From NCBI RefSeq assembly GCF_009834535.1, contig NC_045696.1:19160001-19224000 (forward strand): a DNA stretch of 64,000 nucleotides, read 5' to 3'. A program made the translations under genes and the position numbers. Each line of letters starts with the position of its first letter. Within the stretch, counting starts at the first letter, position 1. The DNA comes from Camelus ferus (taxonomy: Eukaryota). A model generated the notes under the pieces. That model had not been told where the DNA came from and searched no databases. It saw only the letters and a list, made by a program, of their open reading frames with translations. Positions 25,550 to 39,089 of this stretch are shown here, piece after piece.

Positions 25550-25952
25550 AACCTGACTTTGCTGTAATAATGCAACATTACAATCCAAGTTTCATTGGCT
25601 TACAACTGCTGTCATTCATTTCCCTCTCACATATATGTAGTTTGGCTGTGATGGTTCCGATCCAGATGTAAGTTGATTTGCCTCTGGTCCTCTTGTTCCC
25701 TCATTTCAAAACTCAGGATGTGGGAGCAGTACACTCGGACTATTGTCTTCTTATGGCAGAGGCAAGAGGCTCAAAAGACCAAGACAAACTGGGCACACCA
25801 CTTAAACGATTTACTTAGATGCGGAGTGTGTTATTCTTGTTCAGGGTAATTTACATTGTCAAGTTCAATGCCTATAGGTGGAAAAGTATACTCCTTCCCC
25901 AGAGGGCATGGGGGTAGTGAACGTTTGTTGAAAAAGTACACAATCTACACAC
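25550..25952 (-). mobile_element. MaLR LTR (old MLT1)
   Basis: gctgtaataatgcaacattacaatccaagtttcattggcttacaac...ttcttatggcagaggcaagag...ggtggaaaagtatactcc. Confidence 0.6.
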
Positions 25953-26449
25953 AGGAGTATTCACATTCTCCTTTGCTTCTTTTGTGTCTGTATTCAAAGG
26001 CTGCATAATCAAGTATATTATTTACAGAGTTTTATTTTGTATTACTCTATGTTAATGTATCCAACTCAGTCATATCTAATTTTATGCAGGTTTGGGAACC
26101 ATTTTATTTCTTTAAAAGCACGCTGAATTCATTATGTTCATTATGCATCATACAATCTTATTTTCCTCAGTTCAGGTTTTTGGGTTGAGTAGTGCCTAAT
26201 TTTATCTCTCAAGAAACAAAAACCTATGGTCATGCCGTGATACTTTTAGGATATATATTTTGCTCCCTTTGTCATATGAAAAGCAATTTCAAAGTCAAGA
26301 GATATATTCAAAACTTATAATGTGAATAAATAATATATGAAATGTATAGACCAAAATTTACATTGCATCACACATCTTAAATTATCTGTAACCAAAATAG
26401 CTGATCTCATTGTCCAAAGTCTGACTTGTACAATAATGTCATTCTAAAT

Positions 26450-29130
26450 TTATGATTATTATAAAGTTGTGCCTATTTTATGGAAAACAAGCAGAAAGAG
26501 CAATTCAAGAATAACATATAATTCATTGTGAATAAGCTAAGTCAGCGTAAAACAAGAATTTCTATGAAAATAGAGAATATGTGTACATATAATTTATGTG
26601 TATATGCTAATATATACATATATTTATATGTTCTATATTAAAAACTCACTGGGTTGGTTAAAGTGCTCATTAAATGAAGCTGAATTGAAAATTAATGACC
26701 TAGAAGACCAAGCTAAAATTGCTCAAAATACTGCATAGATACTTAAAGGCATGGGAAATTAAAATAGAAATTAAGAAATATATAATATTAAATGAGAATG
26801 TCTAACATACATAAAGTTGGAGTTCCAGGTGTATAACATATTCAACCTGGTTGGATACATGGCTATATCTGCTTCTTTCCACCTCATTAAATGTCCATTT
26901 TATCCAAGTCATAACACCAGCCAACAATCCATTGCTACTTTATTTGTGATCTCTGTTCAGAATCCCATCTCAGACCTTGATTTCAAAGAGTCAGTAAAGT
27001 CTCATATCCCAGGTACCCCTTTTCATTCCTATTACCCTGAGAAAAGTCTTTATTTTCTCCTTTCTCTGCTTGTTTCCTGATTCTGAAGCTGGCAGTACTG
27101 CATATTTAAACCCATGGGTTGCTTTGTGTTTATAATATATTTGTTTTCAGAAGATATTTTAGAATAAATTAGGTGACAGGTTTATGGTTTATTCCAAAAT
27201 AAAATTTCTTAAAAAATAAAGAAAAATAAAGTCATTTTTCTAGTACAGAAAAGCTGAAATAAGTTATCTTCAGTACACAGACTACAAGAAATGTTCAAGA
27301 AAATTTGTCAAGCAGAAGGAAGTTGATACTGGATGGAAATAAGGATTTATATCCAAGTAATACAAAGCACCAGAAATTGTAACTACATGGATAAATGTAT
27401 GAGATGTATTTCTTTTTATTTAAATCCCTTTAAAAGATAATTGGCTGTTTAAAATAATAATGTATCATGGGATTTATATCATTCAGACATACATACACAT
27501 ATATATGAATACATAAACATGTGTGTAATATAAAAATGCACCCACATATATACAAATATATGACAACACTTTTATAAAGAGTAGGAAGGAAAAAAATAAA
27601 GCATTCTAATTTATGGTTCTTATAAACTCTGTAGAGAGGTATAATATCTCTTGAAACTAGATTGTGATTAGTTAAAGCAACCAATTGCTAAAACAGCAAA
27701 ACAAAAAGATAAAGCTAAATAGGCTATTGAGGTGATAAAATGCATATATAACAATGCTCTATTAATCAAGAACAAAGCAGAGTAAGAGGAAAAAGTGAAT
27801 AAAGAAAAGATGAAGCAAATAGAACACAGTGTGTATAAAATATAAATCTTACTGTATCAATATCATATTACATTTAATTGTCTAAATATTTCAATTAAAA
27901 GGCAGAGATTTTCAGATTAAAAACAAACTCTATATACTGCTGATGAGAAAAAATACAACTATAAAACTGTAAGTATATTAAAAGCAAAATGGTTGAAAAT
28001 GATAAACCACACAAACACTATTCAAAAGAAAGGTGGAATTACCATATTAATATCAAACAACATTGAATTTAGATCAAAGACTATTACTAGATCAAAGACT
28101 TATACTATTACTAGGTATAAGGAAGGTCATCTTATAATAATAAAAGGATCAATTCATCAAAAACAGGTAATAATCCTAAATGTTTATGCTTCTAATAACA
28201 GACCTTTAAAATATGTGAAAGTAAAGCCAATATAGTTCAAGGCAAAATAGAAAAGTCCACAAATATAGTTAGAAATTTCAACCTCCCTCTTCCAACAACT
28301 GAGAGAACAAGTAGAGAAAATCAATGAGGACATAAAAGACTTGAACAGCATTGCCAACTAACTTGACCTAATTGACAATTATTGAACATTCCAACCAACA
28401 ACAGGAACACACACATTGTTTTTAAGTAAAAAACACTTAACCAAGTTGGACCATAAATCAGGTCTCAGTAAATTGAAGAGGGCTGTAATCACATGAAGTA
28501 TTATTTTCTACTACAGTGGAATTAAGTTAAAAGCAAATAACATAGATTTACGGAAAAATCCCCAAAATACATGGGAAGAAAAGAACACTTCTAAATAACC
28601 CAAGTGCAAAAAAACCCACAAAAGTGTTAGAAAGTATTTTTGACAGGATAAAAATAAAAGCACATGTGTCTAAATTAGTAGGATGCTGCTAAAGCAATTC
28701 TAAGCAGAAAATTCATGGCAATAAAGAAAAATCTTAAATCAGTGCTCTCAGCTTTGACTTCAAGCACTAGAATAAGAAGAATAAATGAAATCCAAAAACA
28801 AAGCAATGAGAATGAAATAATAATGATCAGAATAGAAGTCAATAAAATAGAAAACACATAAACAGTGGAGAAATATCTGTAACACAAAATTGGTTCTATG
28901 AGAAAACAAAGTCCATAAATCTCTAACCAGACTGCTAAGGAAAAAAGAAAGTCACAAATAATTGTAAAGAATCAGAAAGGTAACAAAATTCTAGATGCTA
29001 ACAAGTAATTAGGGAATGTTATAAACAACTTTATTCAAATAAATTCAAATTAAGTTCAACATTTAAAATTCCTGGAATGACAAATATGACCAAAGTTCAC
29101 TGAAATAGAAATAGACTTGAAAATAAATAT
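26450..29130 (+). mobile_element. Old L1 (L1M) fragment covering ORF1, the inter-ORF region and the 5' part of ORF2
   Basis: A-rich sense strand with ORF1-like ttggagttccag and aaaagctga, ORF2 endonuclease homology at ~27990-28240, and later motifs ttgacctaattgacaatt, ctaaataaccca and aaataaattcaa. Confidence 0.85.
27993..28235 (+). pseudogene. Decayed L1 ORF2 endonuclease segment
   Basis: The translation HTNTIQKKGGITILISNNIEF..KEGHLIIIKGSIHQKQVIILNVYASNNRPLKYVK matches the L1 APE endonuclease motifs HAN.NQKKAGVAILISDK.DF..KEGHYIMIKGSI.QE.I.I.NIYAPN. It contains a local duplication (RSKTITRSKT) and is bounded by stops. Confidence 0.9.
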
Positions 29131-29149
29131 ACCTGGAAAAAGGGGTTGG

Positions 29150-30753
29150 CTTCATATAGCCTGAATATTCTATATCATTTTATTTCCCAGAATATTGTAA
29201 AAGCAATAAGATCTGCTATTGCACTAATTTTGAGGAAGCAAAATGAATTGTCTGGTAAAATCAAATAAAAAGTCAGAGCATTATAATCTGAAATTAGTGA
29301 TATCTGAGGAATAAAATTTTTGAATGATTTGGACGTGTGTCCAAACTTTAACCAGAGAAAATACAGATATTATATCAATGTCTGAATTTTTAAAAATCAT
29401 AAAAGTATTTTAAAACCTATGAAAATTATACTACAAAAATGTAATTTTGAATGGGTCAAGCAAGAATGAAAATGGAAATGATTTCATGATATTAACATAA
29501 AATTTCAAAATTAACATATCTAAAGGGTGAGAAAAACAGAAAGACAGTTCATAACTAAGAAAAAATACAAATGTCAGGAGTCCAGAAATATAGTGTTAGG
29601 GGACTTAAAGTTGAAAATATAACTACTACTTGCAAAAAAAGCAGAGAACAGGCACAGAACGTCTTGGCTGTGTTGGGAGGGAAAAAACAGAGAAGCCGTA
29701 GATCTGATGTTTAGAAAAGATGGTCAAAAAAAGACTGAAACGTAACAAGATAAAGTCCTCAAATGTTATTCTGAATCCATTTTCTCTGTGTTTGGGGATG
29801 AAATTAAAACCAAGTTGGTAAGAAAAACATTGATTAACAAAGTAAATCCAAATAATAAGGAAAAATATGTAAGACCTCTAATTAACTAAATGACTTTAAG
29901 ATTCTTAGCTCAAATTACATCTCCAGGCACCGAAGGAACCTGATGATCAATTTATTAAATTAATGCCAAATACCTGTGAGAAGGAAAGAATGACAAGGAG
30001 TTGGTGAAGATGGGAAATGTAGACTCAATGTTTCAGAGAGGAAGAAGGTTAAGTCTAGACTCCAGACTAGACAGACAGCTTGATATTGATCATGTCCAAG
30101 ATAGCAGAACTCAGCATCAGCTGGTTAATTTGGGGGAACTTAGGGAAAAAATGACAAAAATCTAGAATGCTACAAAATAGGAAATGTTTGGAAAGGTCAT
30201 GGGTTGAATTTAATAAATTACAGTATGCATACTGTTTTCTGTGCTGGTTTTACTCATTTGGAATATTGTATTAAATTCTTCATGAAACACACTTAAGAAA
30301 AATACTGACATGCTAGAGCAGTTCATCTCTAGAAGTGTAAGAAGAGTGATGTAGATGAGTACAGCCATGATATTTATGAAGTTGTGGAGGTAATGAAAAT
30401 ATTTCATGAGAAGAGACACTTAAGAGTGACACCTACAGGCACATATTTGGAGGGATGGCGTTTGGTCAAGGACTTGGAGGTGTTCTATGTAGTTAGATGA
30501 AAACAAAACAAAACAAAACAAAAACAAAACAAAACAAAACAAAAAAACACAACAAAACACAGATGCCACAACAAAGCACTTTCTCATAATTATCCCGCAT
30601 TCCCTCATGGATCATTGTGGTATAATTTTACTAGAAAATGTGGACACTGAAGTTGGATGACCCCTTATTGGAGATGTTGTATAAAGGATGCTAGAAATAT
30701 GGAAACAATACAATTGCTGGCCTTAAGACTTTCTTCTAAATCTGAAGTTATGA
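29150..30753 (+). mobile_element. L3/CR1 LINE remnant with internal deletion and 3' end
   Basis: atttcccagaa..gcaataaga..ctgctattgcactaatttt; caaattacatctccaggcaccgaaggaac (LHPRVLKEL-like); cagcttgatattgatc (SLT-like); 3' end ccttaagactttcttctaaatctgaagttatga. Confidence 0.6.
30500..30558. repeat. (AAAAC)n microsatellite
   Basis: Read directly. Confidence 0.95.
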
Positions 30754-31449
30754 GTGATGGATTGTATGCTGATATCCACAAGTATTGTGCAAATCTATGC
30801 AATGGACAAAGAAAGTAAAATCTGCATATTTCTATACCATTACAAGATATACCATCATAAATATTTAAAATATGTATATATATACTATAGCTATGGAGAC
30901 ATTTATGAATATGGAGCTACTTACGAAGAACTATAGCTTATGTCATTTAAAACTGAGGGGAAAAAACCCTAAAAAATATACTGTAGATAAGACCCTGCAT
31001 GTCAAGATGAGGACCCAGATGACCCAATAGGTTTTATCTACCTAAGATTTCTTCATCACTGCAGAAGAATACCTGGCACAAATAAAATATGTAGTGCATC
31101 ACCCCAAAAAATCTATTACAGTCACTTCATTGCCAGAAGCAATACATTCTCTCCCATTAAATCTCTAAATCTCTATCATTAACATCTTATTCATTACAGA
31201 AGCTATGTCTCATACATCATCCAGTCCACAGGATTAAGTAGCAAAGGTCCCCAGGGTAATTGCTTCACCTATCTATAAAAGAAAACAGAGCTTTGCACAT
31301 CTTTATTCATGAAACATTTCCTCTTAATAAGTAGAATAACATTTAATTTCATTACATATGTATATATGAAGATTTTTAATAATCGTATTTCACTTTAAAA
31401 TATTAGCCAATAAACAATAAATCAAGGATTACAGTTTGATTTCTATAGC

Positions 31450-33460
31450 CCTCTGTCCCAGTCTAAGCACGTAATGATATTAGAAAAATTATAAAAAGAG
31501 AATATTTAAAGGAACAAAGCTCAAAACAAACATCTTTTAGGACCAAACAGAATATAAATATAAAACAAGTGGACTTAAATATGCAGGCCTGCTAGTTTGA
31601 GAGCCAGGAAACAAGCAGAGTTAAAAAAGAAGTGGTCTCTTACGGGGTAGTAGAAATTGAAAGGATTCCTTGCAAAGCAGGACCTGGTAACTCTTTGAAA
31701 TAAAAATTTTAGATTGATTTCCTACTGTGACTGGAGGTGGAAAAGAAAAGTTGTGAGGAATCTCCTGACCAGGACTGTGACAGATAAAGTCGGCACTTAA
31801 GGAGGTGGCGGAATGAACAAAGCGGATACAGCCATGCAGCCAACCATGTTTGACAAGCTATGTATGGATATCAGCATGGGGCAGGAACCCTGAAGCAACT
31901 GTGTAAAACTGTTCTGGTCCTGGTTGGGAGAAATAAAATTATGATACACAAAATCACATGATAAGGAAGGCTGAGTATGCACACAAAAGGGAAAAACAAA
32001 AACAGAAATAAATGCAACCCCTACTCAATATGAACTTACAAATCAAAATCTGGAAATTCAAAACGATGCTAAGAAAGATAATGAACTGAATCAATTGGAA
32101 GATAAATTTACACTAGATAAAGTGACAATAGAGGAAACTGAAAATGACACTAATCTAAAAATGGAAGAGCATCAGTAAAAAGAAAAATCATAAAATCTGG
32201 AAATCAAATATACGTGGTTGTCAAATTAAGTTATTAAATATCTTGAAAATGAGAAAATATGATCATTAAATTAAAAATGAATTAGTAGAATAAATTATCA
32301 GACACATATAATTTTAAAATAATTAATGTATCAAAAGGTGATTCTGAAACTAACTCAAAATTGTAAATCAACTGTACTTCAATTTTTAAAAAAAGACAGT
32401 TCTGAGGAATTTGCCCAGAAAGCAACACAATGAGAGAACCTGACCAAAAACTAAACAAATAAAGATAAGCAAGATTTAGAAACAACAATGTAGGATTTCC
32501 AGAGGATAAAAATAGAGGAAATGTCAGAGTATGCAAAGATAAAGCAAACCTAGAATTTTCTCTGATTTTTTTATTGATGTATCATCAATTTACAATGTTG
32601 TATTAATTTCTGGTTTACAGCGCAGTGATTCATTTATACATATATATGGTCTTTTTCATATTCTTTTTTCTTATAGGCTATTACAAGGTATTGAATATAG
32701 AATTTCCTCTGATTTTAAATGTTATGGAATCTCAGATTGAGAGTATATATTGAGTACTGGGAATGTTAAATACAAATAAAAACATACCAAGACCCTTTGC
32801 AGTAAAATTGAAAACCATCAACAGTAAAGGGAAAGGTCATAAGAATTGACAGAGAAAAAAGAAGACAAAATCCTGGGAAGGAAATGATAATTAGATTGAC
32901 AGCAAACTTCTCATCACTGATACATGCCAGAAGTCAGTGGAGAAAAATCTTTAAATTTATGACAAAAATTTAAAACTGCCAACAAAGCATTCTTCATCCA
33001 GGGACTATCACCCATAATTGAGGGCAAAATAAAGACTTTTTTCCAATGTATAACTATGAAGAATGCTCACATACAATGTACTCTCACTTTAATATACACC
33101 AGAGAACAGACTGTGTCAGATGTGAACGTATATGAACGGCGTGAGATGCTAAAAAAGGTAAACACATACACAAAAGAAACCCAAAATATATTAGTAATTT
33201 AACTATTATTATGTGCAAAAACAATAATTGTTACCAATGTTCATTAAAACATCAGAAGTTAATTTCTAGATAGAAACAGTAAGGGCAGTGTGGAAAAAAA
33301 AAATGCTTGTTTTTCTCTTAGGAAACTTGCTAAGGTTTTTCCCTTTCATAGCCAAAAGTTAGAGACACTGATTATAAAAATACTTACTTAAATTTATACC
33401 TTACAGGTAACCACTAAGAGAGTGCAATAGCAATGTTTAAATTCCAAGCCATCAGAGGAA
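31450..33460 (+). mobile_element. Old L1M/HAL1-type element: 5' region, ORF1 remnant and downstream segment
   Basis: gtaggatttccagagga (GIPE-like), gaatctcagattga, aattagattgacagcaaacttctcatca (IRLTADFSS-like), gccagaagtcagtggag, gagggcaaaataaagactttt, and aggtaaccactaagaga. Confidence 0.7.
32551..32716 (-). mobile_element. 5'-truncated cetartiodactyl-type L1 3' end with TSD, inserted in the old L1
   Basis: tttattgatgtatcatcaatttacaatgttgtattaatttctggtttacagcgcagtgattca...attacaaggtattgaatatag, flanked by tagaattttctctgatttt (32551) and tagaatttcctctgatttt (32698). Confidence 0.85.
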
Positions 33461-33929
33461 AAACTTTTTTCTGAGTTTGGTATAGTGTGATGTGGTGGTA
33501 GAGAAACACACCACAGAATAAGAAGATAATGAAGAATTTTAAAATGATCAAGACTAATCCCATCAAAATTACACTGGGGTTTGGAGAAATTAATGACACT
33601 GGCAAAGGAATATGGGCGTGAATCAAGCCTTGCCTTGTTTGATATTTATCAAATACTTAGCAATCTTCCCAACAATATTTACATAATTTTATATATATGT
33701 AATTTTGTACATATATGGAATTCTGTGCTCTTAATCTAGGCTTGGAGGCTCATTTTCTTCTTAGAAACTTTTGCCATTTTAAAACGAAATTCTGTAGGTA
33801 GTTTATCGTCTTAGTATTTACATGTCAGAAGACAAAACATGGTTCGCTATCTCTAGAGCTGTAAACTGGCACACCAGGCATGGGGGCAGAACAGAGGCAT
33901 CTTCCCTTGAATTCCTTGCCATGTGGATG

Positions 33930-34396
33930 TTTTACTTGCTGTGCAGTGGATCTTCCCTTTGCTACTTTCAATTCACTGGCCACCTGTCACCTACCCCATG
34001 GGGCTGACCTCTGTTATCCACATCCCTGGGCTTCCCCGTGCACTGGGGTTCTCGTTGGGCTCAGTCAGTGAGGTGCTCTGACAGGAAGTAGAGAGGTCAG
34101 GAGATTCGGGCCTCTGGTTCCCTCCCTCTGAGGTTACTTGGAACTGTCTGTGTGTCTTAATTGAATGTCCCTGCTCCTCTCAAGGGAGACTCTATTGTAC
34201 GATTCTCTCCATCAAGTTATTGTCAAGGCCTTCTCTCCTTCTCCGCTTTGGGGTTGTGACTTGAGGATTGTTCCATTCCAGCCCAGGTCACTGGACAGTC
34301 ACTTACACTTCACCTACATCTGGGTGAATAAACAACTCAAATTATCCTGACTTAACAGTGCCATCTGGTTCTTAACAGAAACCCTGGTAGGTACAC
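33930..34396 (+). mobile_element. LTR33-like ERVL solo LTR
   Basis: cacatccctgggcttccccgtgcactggggttctcgttgggctcagtcagtgagg...aataaacaactcaaattatcc...gtgccatctggttctt...ccctggtaggtaCA. Confidence 0.7.
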
Positions 34397-34607
34397 AATT
34401 CAATGAATACATTATATGTATATATATTTTAATTGCCACAGTCTTCATATACGAAATGGAAATATTTTTGGCCTTTGCATGTAGGGAGATGGAAGCTTCA
34501 GGGGATTGTAGACGAGTCGTCATCATCCTTATTAAAATCTCTTTCTCCCTACCTCTTTGCAAATCTTAACAATAAAGGACTACTAACAACTTAGTATATT
34601 ATCATAC

Positions 34608-35130
34608 AGTGGCAGATATCTGTCTCCCTAGCAGCCAATTTTCTCCTTATTCTTTCTTCTTAACAAAAAAAAAAAAAAACAACCTTCCATTGCAGAGGCT
34701 GAAGATTGTTCAAGTTTGTCTTCCCAAACCTCCTGCAGATAGTAGTGGTCATGTAGCTCACATCTCACCGGTGAGCTGTGAAAGATGACTATATGGGATG
34801 AGAAGGATTTGGAGAAAGATTTTCACTTCAATAAAAGTGAGTGTTAAGAGAAGAAAACTTCAGCTCTCCCATTCTTCTCCCACCTGCTTAGAATGCTGCC
34901 ATGTTTTGATCTGATCCTTACAGTCACAGCCCTTGACTTTCAAGGATGAGAGAAGATATTGCTATCACACAGGAGGATGGAAGAGTGGTGGGCAGAGGGG
35001 AGGGGACAAGAACAAGGGTGATTTAAGACTCAGGCTCTGTGTCAATTTTGGAACAGCTATTGTCTGGCCTTCTTATATATTGTTGAATGCTGTTATTTTT
35101 TAAACCACTATGAGTTGTTCATTTTGTTAC
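34608..35130 (+). mobile_element. MaLR LTR (old MLT1)
   Basis: gtggcagatatctg...tcttcccaaacctcctgcagatagtagtggtcatgtagc...ttaaaccactatgagttgttcattttgttaca. Confidence 0.55.
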
Positions 35131-36389
35131 AACTAAAAAAAATGTTTTGTTGTTTATAAATGATGACTTGAAAATGGCACAAATTCCAAATTAAAATAGA
35201 TAAATCAAAAACAAGGATTTTGAATGTGGATTTTGGGGACTTCCTGGGAACTCAATGAGATACAAATGTTTCGGTCTCAGGAAAAGCTGGAAGAAGTTCC
35301 CTCAGCCTGCCTCTCTCCTGTTCACTGTTGCTTTGTTGCTGAAGAGACTCTTTTCTCACGTGACCGAAAGCTTGGTTTCCAGCATCATCCGCCACCTGCC
35401 CCTGCCAGAGCGTTTGTATTATAGTATGAGCCATTCAAAAGATATTCTCAGTCCTAGTTCGAAATTCCACGGAAAGAGTATGTTGTATCAACATACATCA
35501 ATTTTTCAGCCTGGAAGAACCAATGTGAATTATGGAAGGGTTGTGGAGTGAAAAGAAGGGGGGGGGGAGTGGCAACATTTTGCTCTGAGGGCAAGCAATA
35601 GGGCTTTGCATTATAGAGAATTCATAAATAACAGTAAAGCAGATAAAAAATTATTCTGCTTTATTTCATCACTACGTGCCAACAATTCTGAACAATGTTA
35701 ATGATAAAATAATCCTCTCTGTGGAGGCAACTATCACCATCCACTTTCGGTGGGCCACTGAGTGGTTCTAGAAAAGCTATAGCAAGCATACAATCCCAGA
35801 AGTAACCTCAGTGTTTAGCTAAACCATAAGCATCACCTGCTGTCTTCTGTATATAGGCATTGTTTTAGTCACTAGGAATAGAGTAGCATTTAAATTAAGC
35901 TATGACCTGCTCTTATGGAGTTTACAATCTGGTGGCAGACAGACATTAACCACCTAAACACATGTTTTACATTATATTATAATTATAGATTATATTACAT
36001 TATACAAATACAATATATAATACTGTATATTATAGTTTATAATTGTACTCAATACACAAGAAATAATTACTAACACACAAATTATCACATTTATATTCTA
36101 TTCTTCTATAATGTGTAATCATTATCAGAAGTGCTATGAGAGAAAAATTTTAAAACTAAAGCAACTTGACATACATTGAGGTCTCAGGAAAAAAATATTG
36201 AATTAAAAATTTTTAAAGTGAAAACTGAATTCTAAACCAGGTGAAGAAGGGTAAAAATGTTATAGATAGTTAGGGAAGAACCTGAAGGAACAGAAAACTC
36301 GTTTCTGCTCGGTAACACATAATAGTCTTCAGAAAAGTGGGAGAAAATTAAAAACAGCAACAACAACAAAAACTCTCACGGATTTCCTC

Positions 36390-36525
36390 AGGGAGCTGCC
36401 ATCAATTATCTGCATTATGTTTCTCATTTGAAAAATGGGCATCATAACAGTATTGAATATGTTGGTATTTGCAAAGCTCTTAGGGCAATGCTTGCATATG
36501 AGTGTTCTGTGAATATTTATTAAAA
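36390..36525 (+). mobile_element. MIR 3' fragment
   Basis: gtttctcatttgaaaaatgggcatcataacagta...gtatttgcaaagctcttagggcaatgcttgcatatg. Confidence 0.65.
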
Positions 36526-36624
36526 AATAAATTAAAATGATGGGATAGATGAAAGAAAGAAGGGAGGAGAGGAAAGAGGGGACAAAGGGAGGCAGGGAGG
36601 AAGGAAGAAGAAAGAGAGGGAAAG

Positions 36625-37450
36625 CCTTCTTGTGTATTTGTTCAAGAGTTTCTAGTCTATGATAAACACCTAGAAGCAGAATTGATGGGTCTTAGACTAC
36701 GTAGATGTTTAACTCTTCAGATTATTGCCAAACTGTCTTCTAAAGGTTTTCTTTCATTATCTTCTTTTCTTCTCCAACTTGAACAGATAGTTTTGAGGGT
36801 TTGCAGTGCACCATATCTTTATCAACATTTGTTATTATAGGGCTTTTAAAGGTTTTGTTAGATATAAAATGATTTCCCCTTGTGGTTTGTATTTGCACTT
36901 TTCTGCTTACTAAGCATATTTGCATTGCTTTTTTATCCTGTGAAAGGTCTTTTGTTGTCTCTCTATCTGTTTGAGGGGGTTATCTGTGTGGAGATCCTTC
37001 ATATATTTTATATTCTAGGATTTTTGCAGTTTTCAACAAATGTATAACAGTTTGTGACCTTATTTTCAATCTTTTAATGCTGTCCCTTAATTAACAATTT
37101 TTTATATTTATATATATTTTTATATTCAATATATATAAAAATATATATAAAGTATACATAATTATACAGATAATTATATATATTTATAAATATATATATT
37201 TTATATATAATATTATTATATATTCAAAATTATCAATTCTGTTTATGGTTTTTCTTGGCCTTATTTTAAAGTATTTTCCTAGAAGGTCATGTCATTAATC
37301 ACCTATATTTTATTTATAGGCTTTGAGGTTTTGTCTTTCATATTTATGTTATTTTCATCTGATGTACATGGGAACTCAATATTTTTTTTCGTGTTATAAT
37401 CAGTTCCACTGCCATTGACAGAAGTGTTTATTCCTTTCCCACTCATATAT
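36625..37450 (-). mobile_element. Old L1 (L1ME-like) fragment with an AT-rich low-complexity insert (~37095-37225)
   Basis: cctagaagcagaattgatgggtc...attgccaaactg...ttgtggtttgtatttgcacttttctg is reverse-strand L1 ORF2 end/3' UTR. Confidence 0.7.
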
Positions 37451-37501
37451 TTCTGAAATAACCTATTCCATTACCTTAATTATTTACATATAACTTACTG
37501 A

Positions 37502-38003
37502 TGTCTAAATACAGTTTAGACTAAATAAATCCATTATGTACCCATCAGCCTCAAAATTAAAATAGCCATTTACTCTACCAGCAAAATGGGCTTGTTGGGG
37601 AAGAGCAGAGAATTGCAATTTGGGACAAACAAGCTATGAGTGATCATAGGGAAGTCCAAAGAGACAAAGCAAAGTTCAGTTTTTACTAGGTTTTAGGGGA
37701 AACCTGGGGAGGCTTGTTCTCAATGAAAGGTCGTTGGAGAAGAACAACCAATCAAAGCCATGGCAGTTTTTCATTGGCTGTACTTGGTGGTTAGCACACT
37801 GTTGCTGGGGCAAAGAGGAATCTTCCTTTCTTAAAAGCAGGAGATGAAACTCCCATGTGAAAAATGTTCTCCCTCATTAAAATAATTCTTATCTTTCTTC
37901 TTCCTCCTGGTTATGCAGGCTGCAACAAGTGGTACACTTGTGAGAGAGCTCCTTTCAGGGCTTCCTGACTCCATCCTAGGTGAGGTTTTCCATTTATTTT
38001 CAC
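37502..38003 (-). mobile_element. ERV1-type solo LTR
   Basis: The minus strand begins TGTGAAAATAAATGGAAAACCTCACCTAGGATGGAGTCAGGAAGCC, a typical ERV1 U3 start with gatggagtc. It contains CCAAT boxes and is ~500 bp long. Confidence 0.65.
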
Positions 38004-39089
38004 ACGCTCTGTTCCAAAGAGTACCTTGTTCTTTTTTGACTTGTGAACATCCCTATAAATTTTTGAAACATTTTTCATTTGTATTCATGAATGGAAAGTG
38101 TGGCTGTATGAGACAGTGTTCCAAAAATCTATAGATTATAAAAGATAAAGGTTTATTTTTCTCTTACTTAAAATCTTCACCCGGAGGTGGCCTTAGTCCA
38201 TAGTATAATCAAGGATTCTGAATTCTATACATTTTTTTTTTTTGGTTCACCATGAAATAGATCCACGTACCCCAAATGACTCAACAACACATCCTTATTC
38301 CAGATGAAAATAAGGCAGGGAAGTCAAAGTGAGGGGTCAAATCCCATCACTTTGGTGAGATAACCCTTCAATTGCACACTTATTCATTTGCTGGTTTATT
38401 TACTTACTTATTTGGAACTTCCATCTCATTGGAGAAAATTTTGTCCTATGAATACACCTACTTGCTTGGGATTATAAGAAATGTCTTTTTTTTTTTCTGG
38501 TTAGTGAAATACTCAAACTAATTAAATATCAACTTCTGTTACTATAAGAGATCAGAAAAGGGCAGTGGCTTTTTTTTCTTTTTCTAATTTCTTTCTGTGG
38601 TTATCCAAAGATCTATATACTCACTTCTCATTCTTGATACAGATTCTTCCCCTCTCTAGCAAGAAAATTCTAAATCAAAACAGTAACTGAAAAATTGATA
38701 ATGTTCAGCAAGTTCCAATATGGGCACTTAGTTTAAACAAGTAATATGTTTACACACCCCATCTTTAAATAAAATGTTGGATTAGGAATAGGATAATTGT
38801 AGTAAAAACTCATTTGGAAGGAGGCAGAAGAAGAAACACAGCAGTCCTTTTCCAAACCATCTATCAAATGTCCTGGACAGGAGTTAGCACTTTTGAAGCA
38901 ATTCCTTTGTGCATTATCCTAAATGCATTCTGGCTCTGCTTTGGGGAAATTTTTCCTTGTATGGTAATTTTGCAGGTTTTGTTTGAGAGGAAATTGGAGA
39001 ACATTTTCCTGGAGATTAGTGCAGATTGGCCTCCTGACAATGGTCAGTGCTTCCACCTACCATTGATTGACTGTCTTCTATGCCAATAC

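Noticed and set aside
27198..27230. AATAAA plus A-rich tail suggesting a retrocopied 3' UTR
   Set aside because: The A-rich stretch is explained by the resumed L1 ORF1 sequence (aaaaatgaagg.aaaataaagacattttc-like).
27993..28235. 80-aa ORF as a functional gene
   Set aside because: It is a fragment of a dead L1 ORF2 with a duplication and surrounding stops and frameshifts.
33480..33770. Possible reverse-transcriptase remnant of an ancient LINE
   Set aside because: Only a vague motif resemblance; too degenerate to support by eye.
35350..35410. E-box CACGTG with a nearby CTCF-like ccgccacctgcccctg
   Set aside because: Single short motifs with a poor CTCF match; expected by chance in 64 kb.
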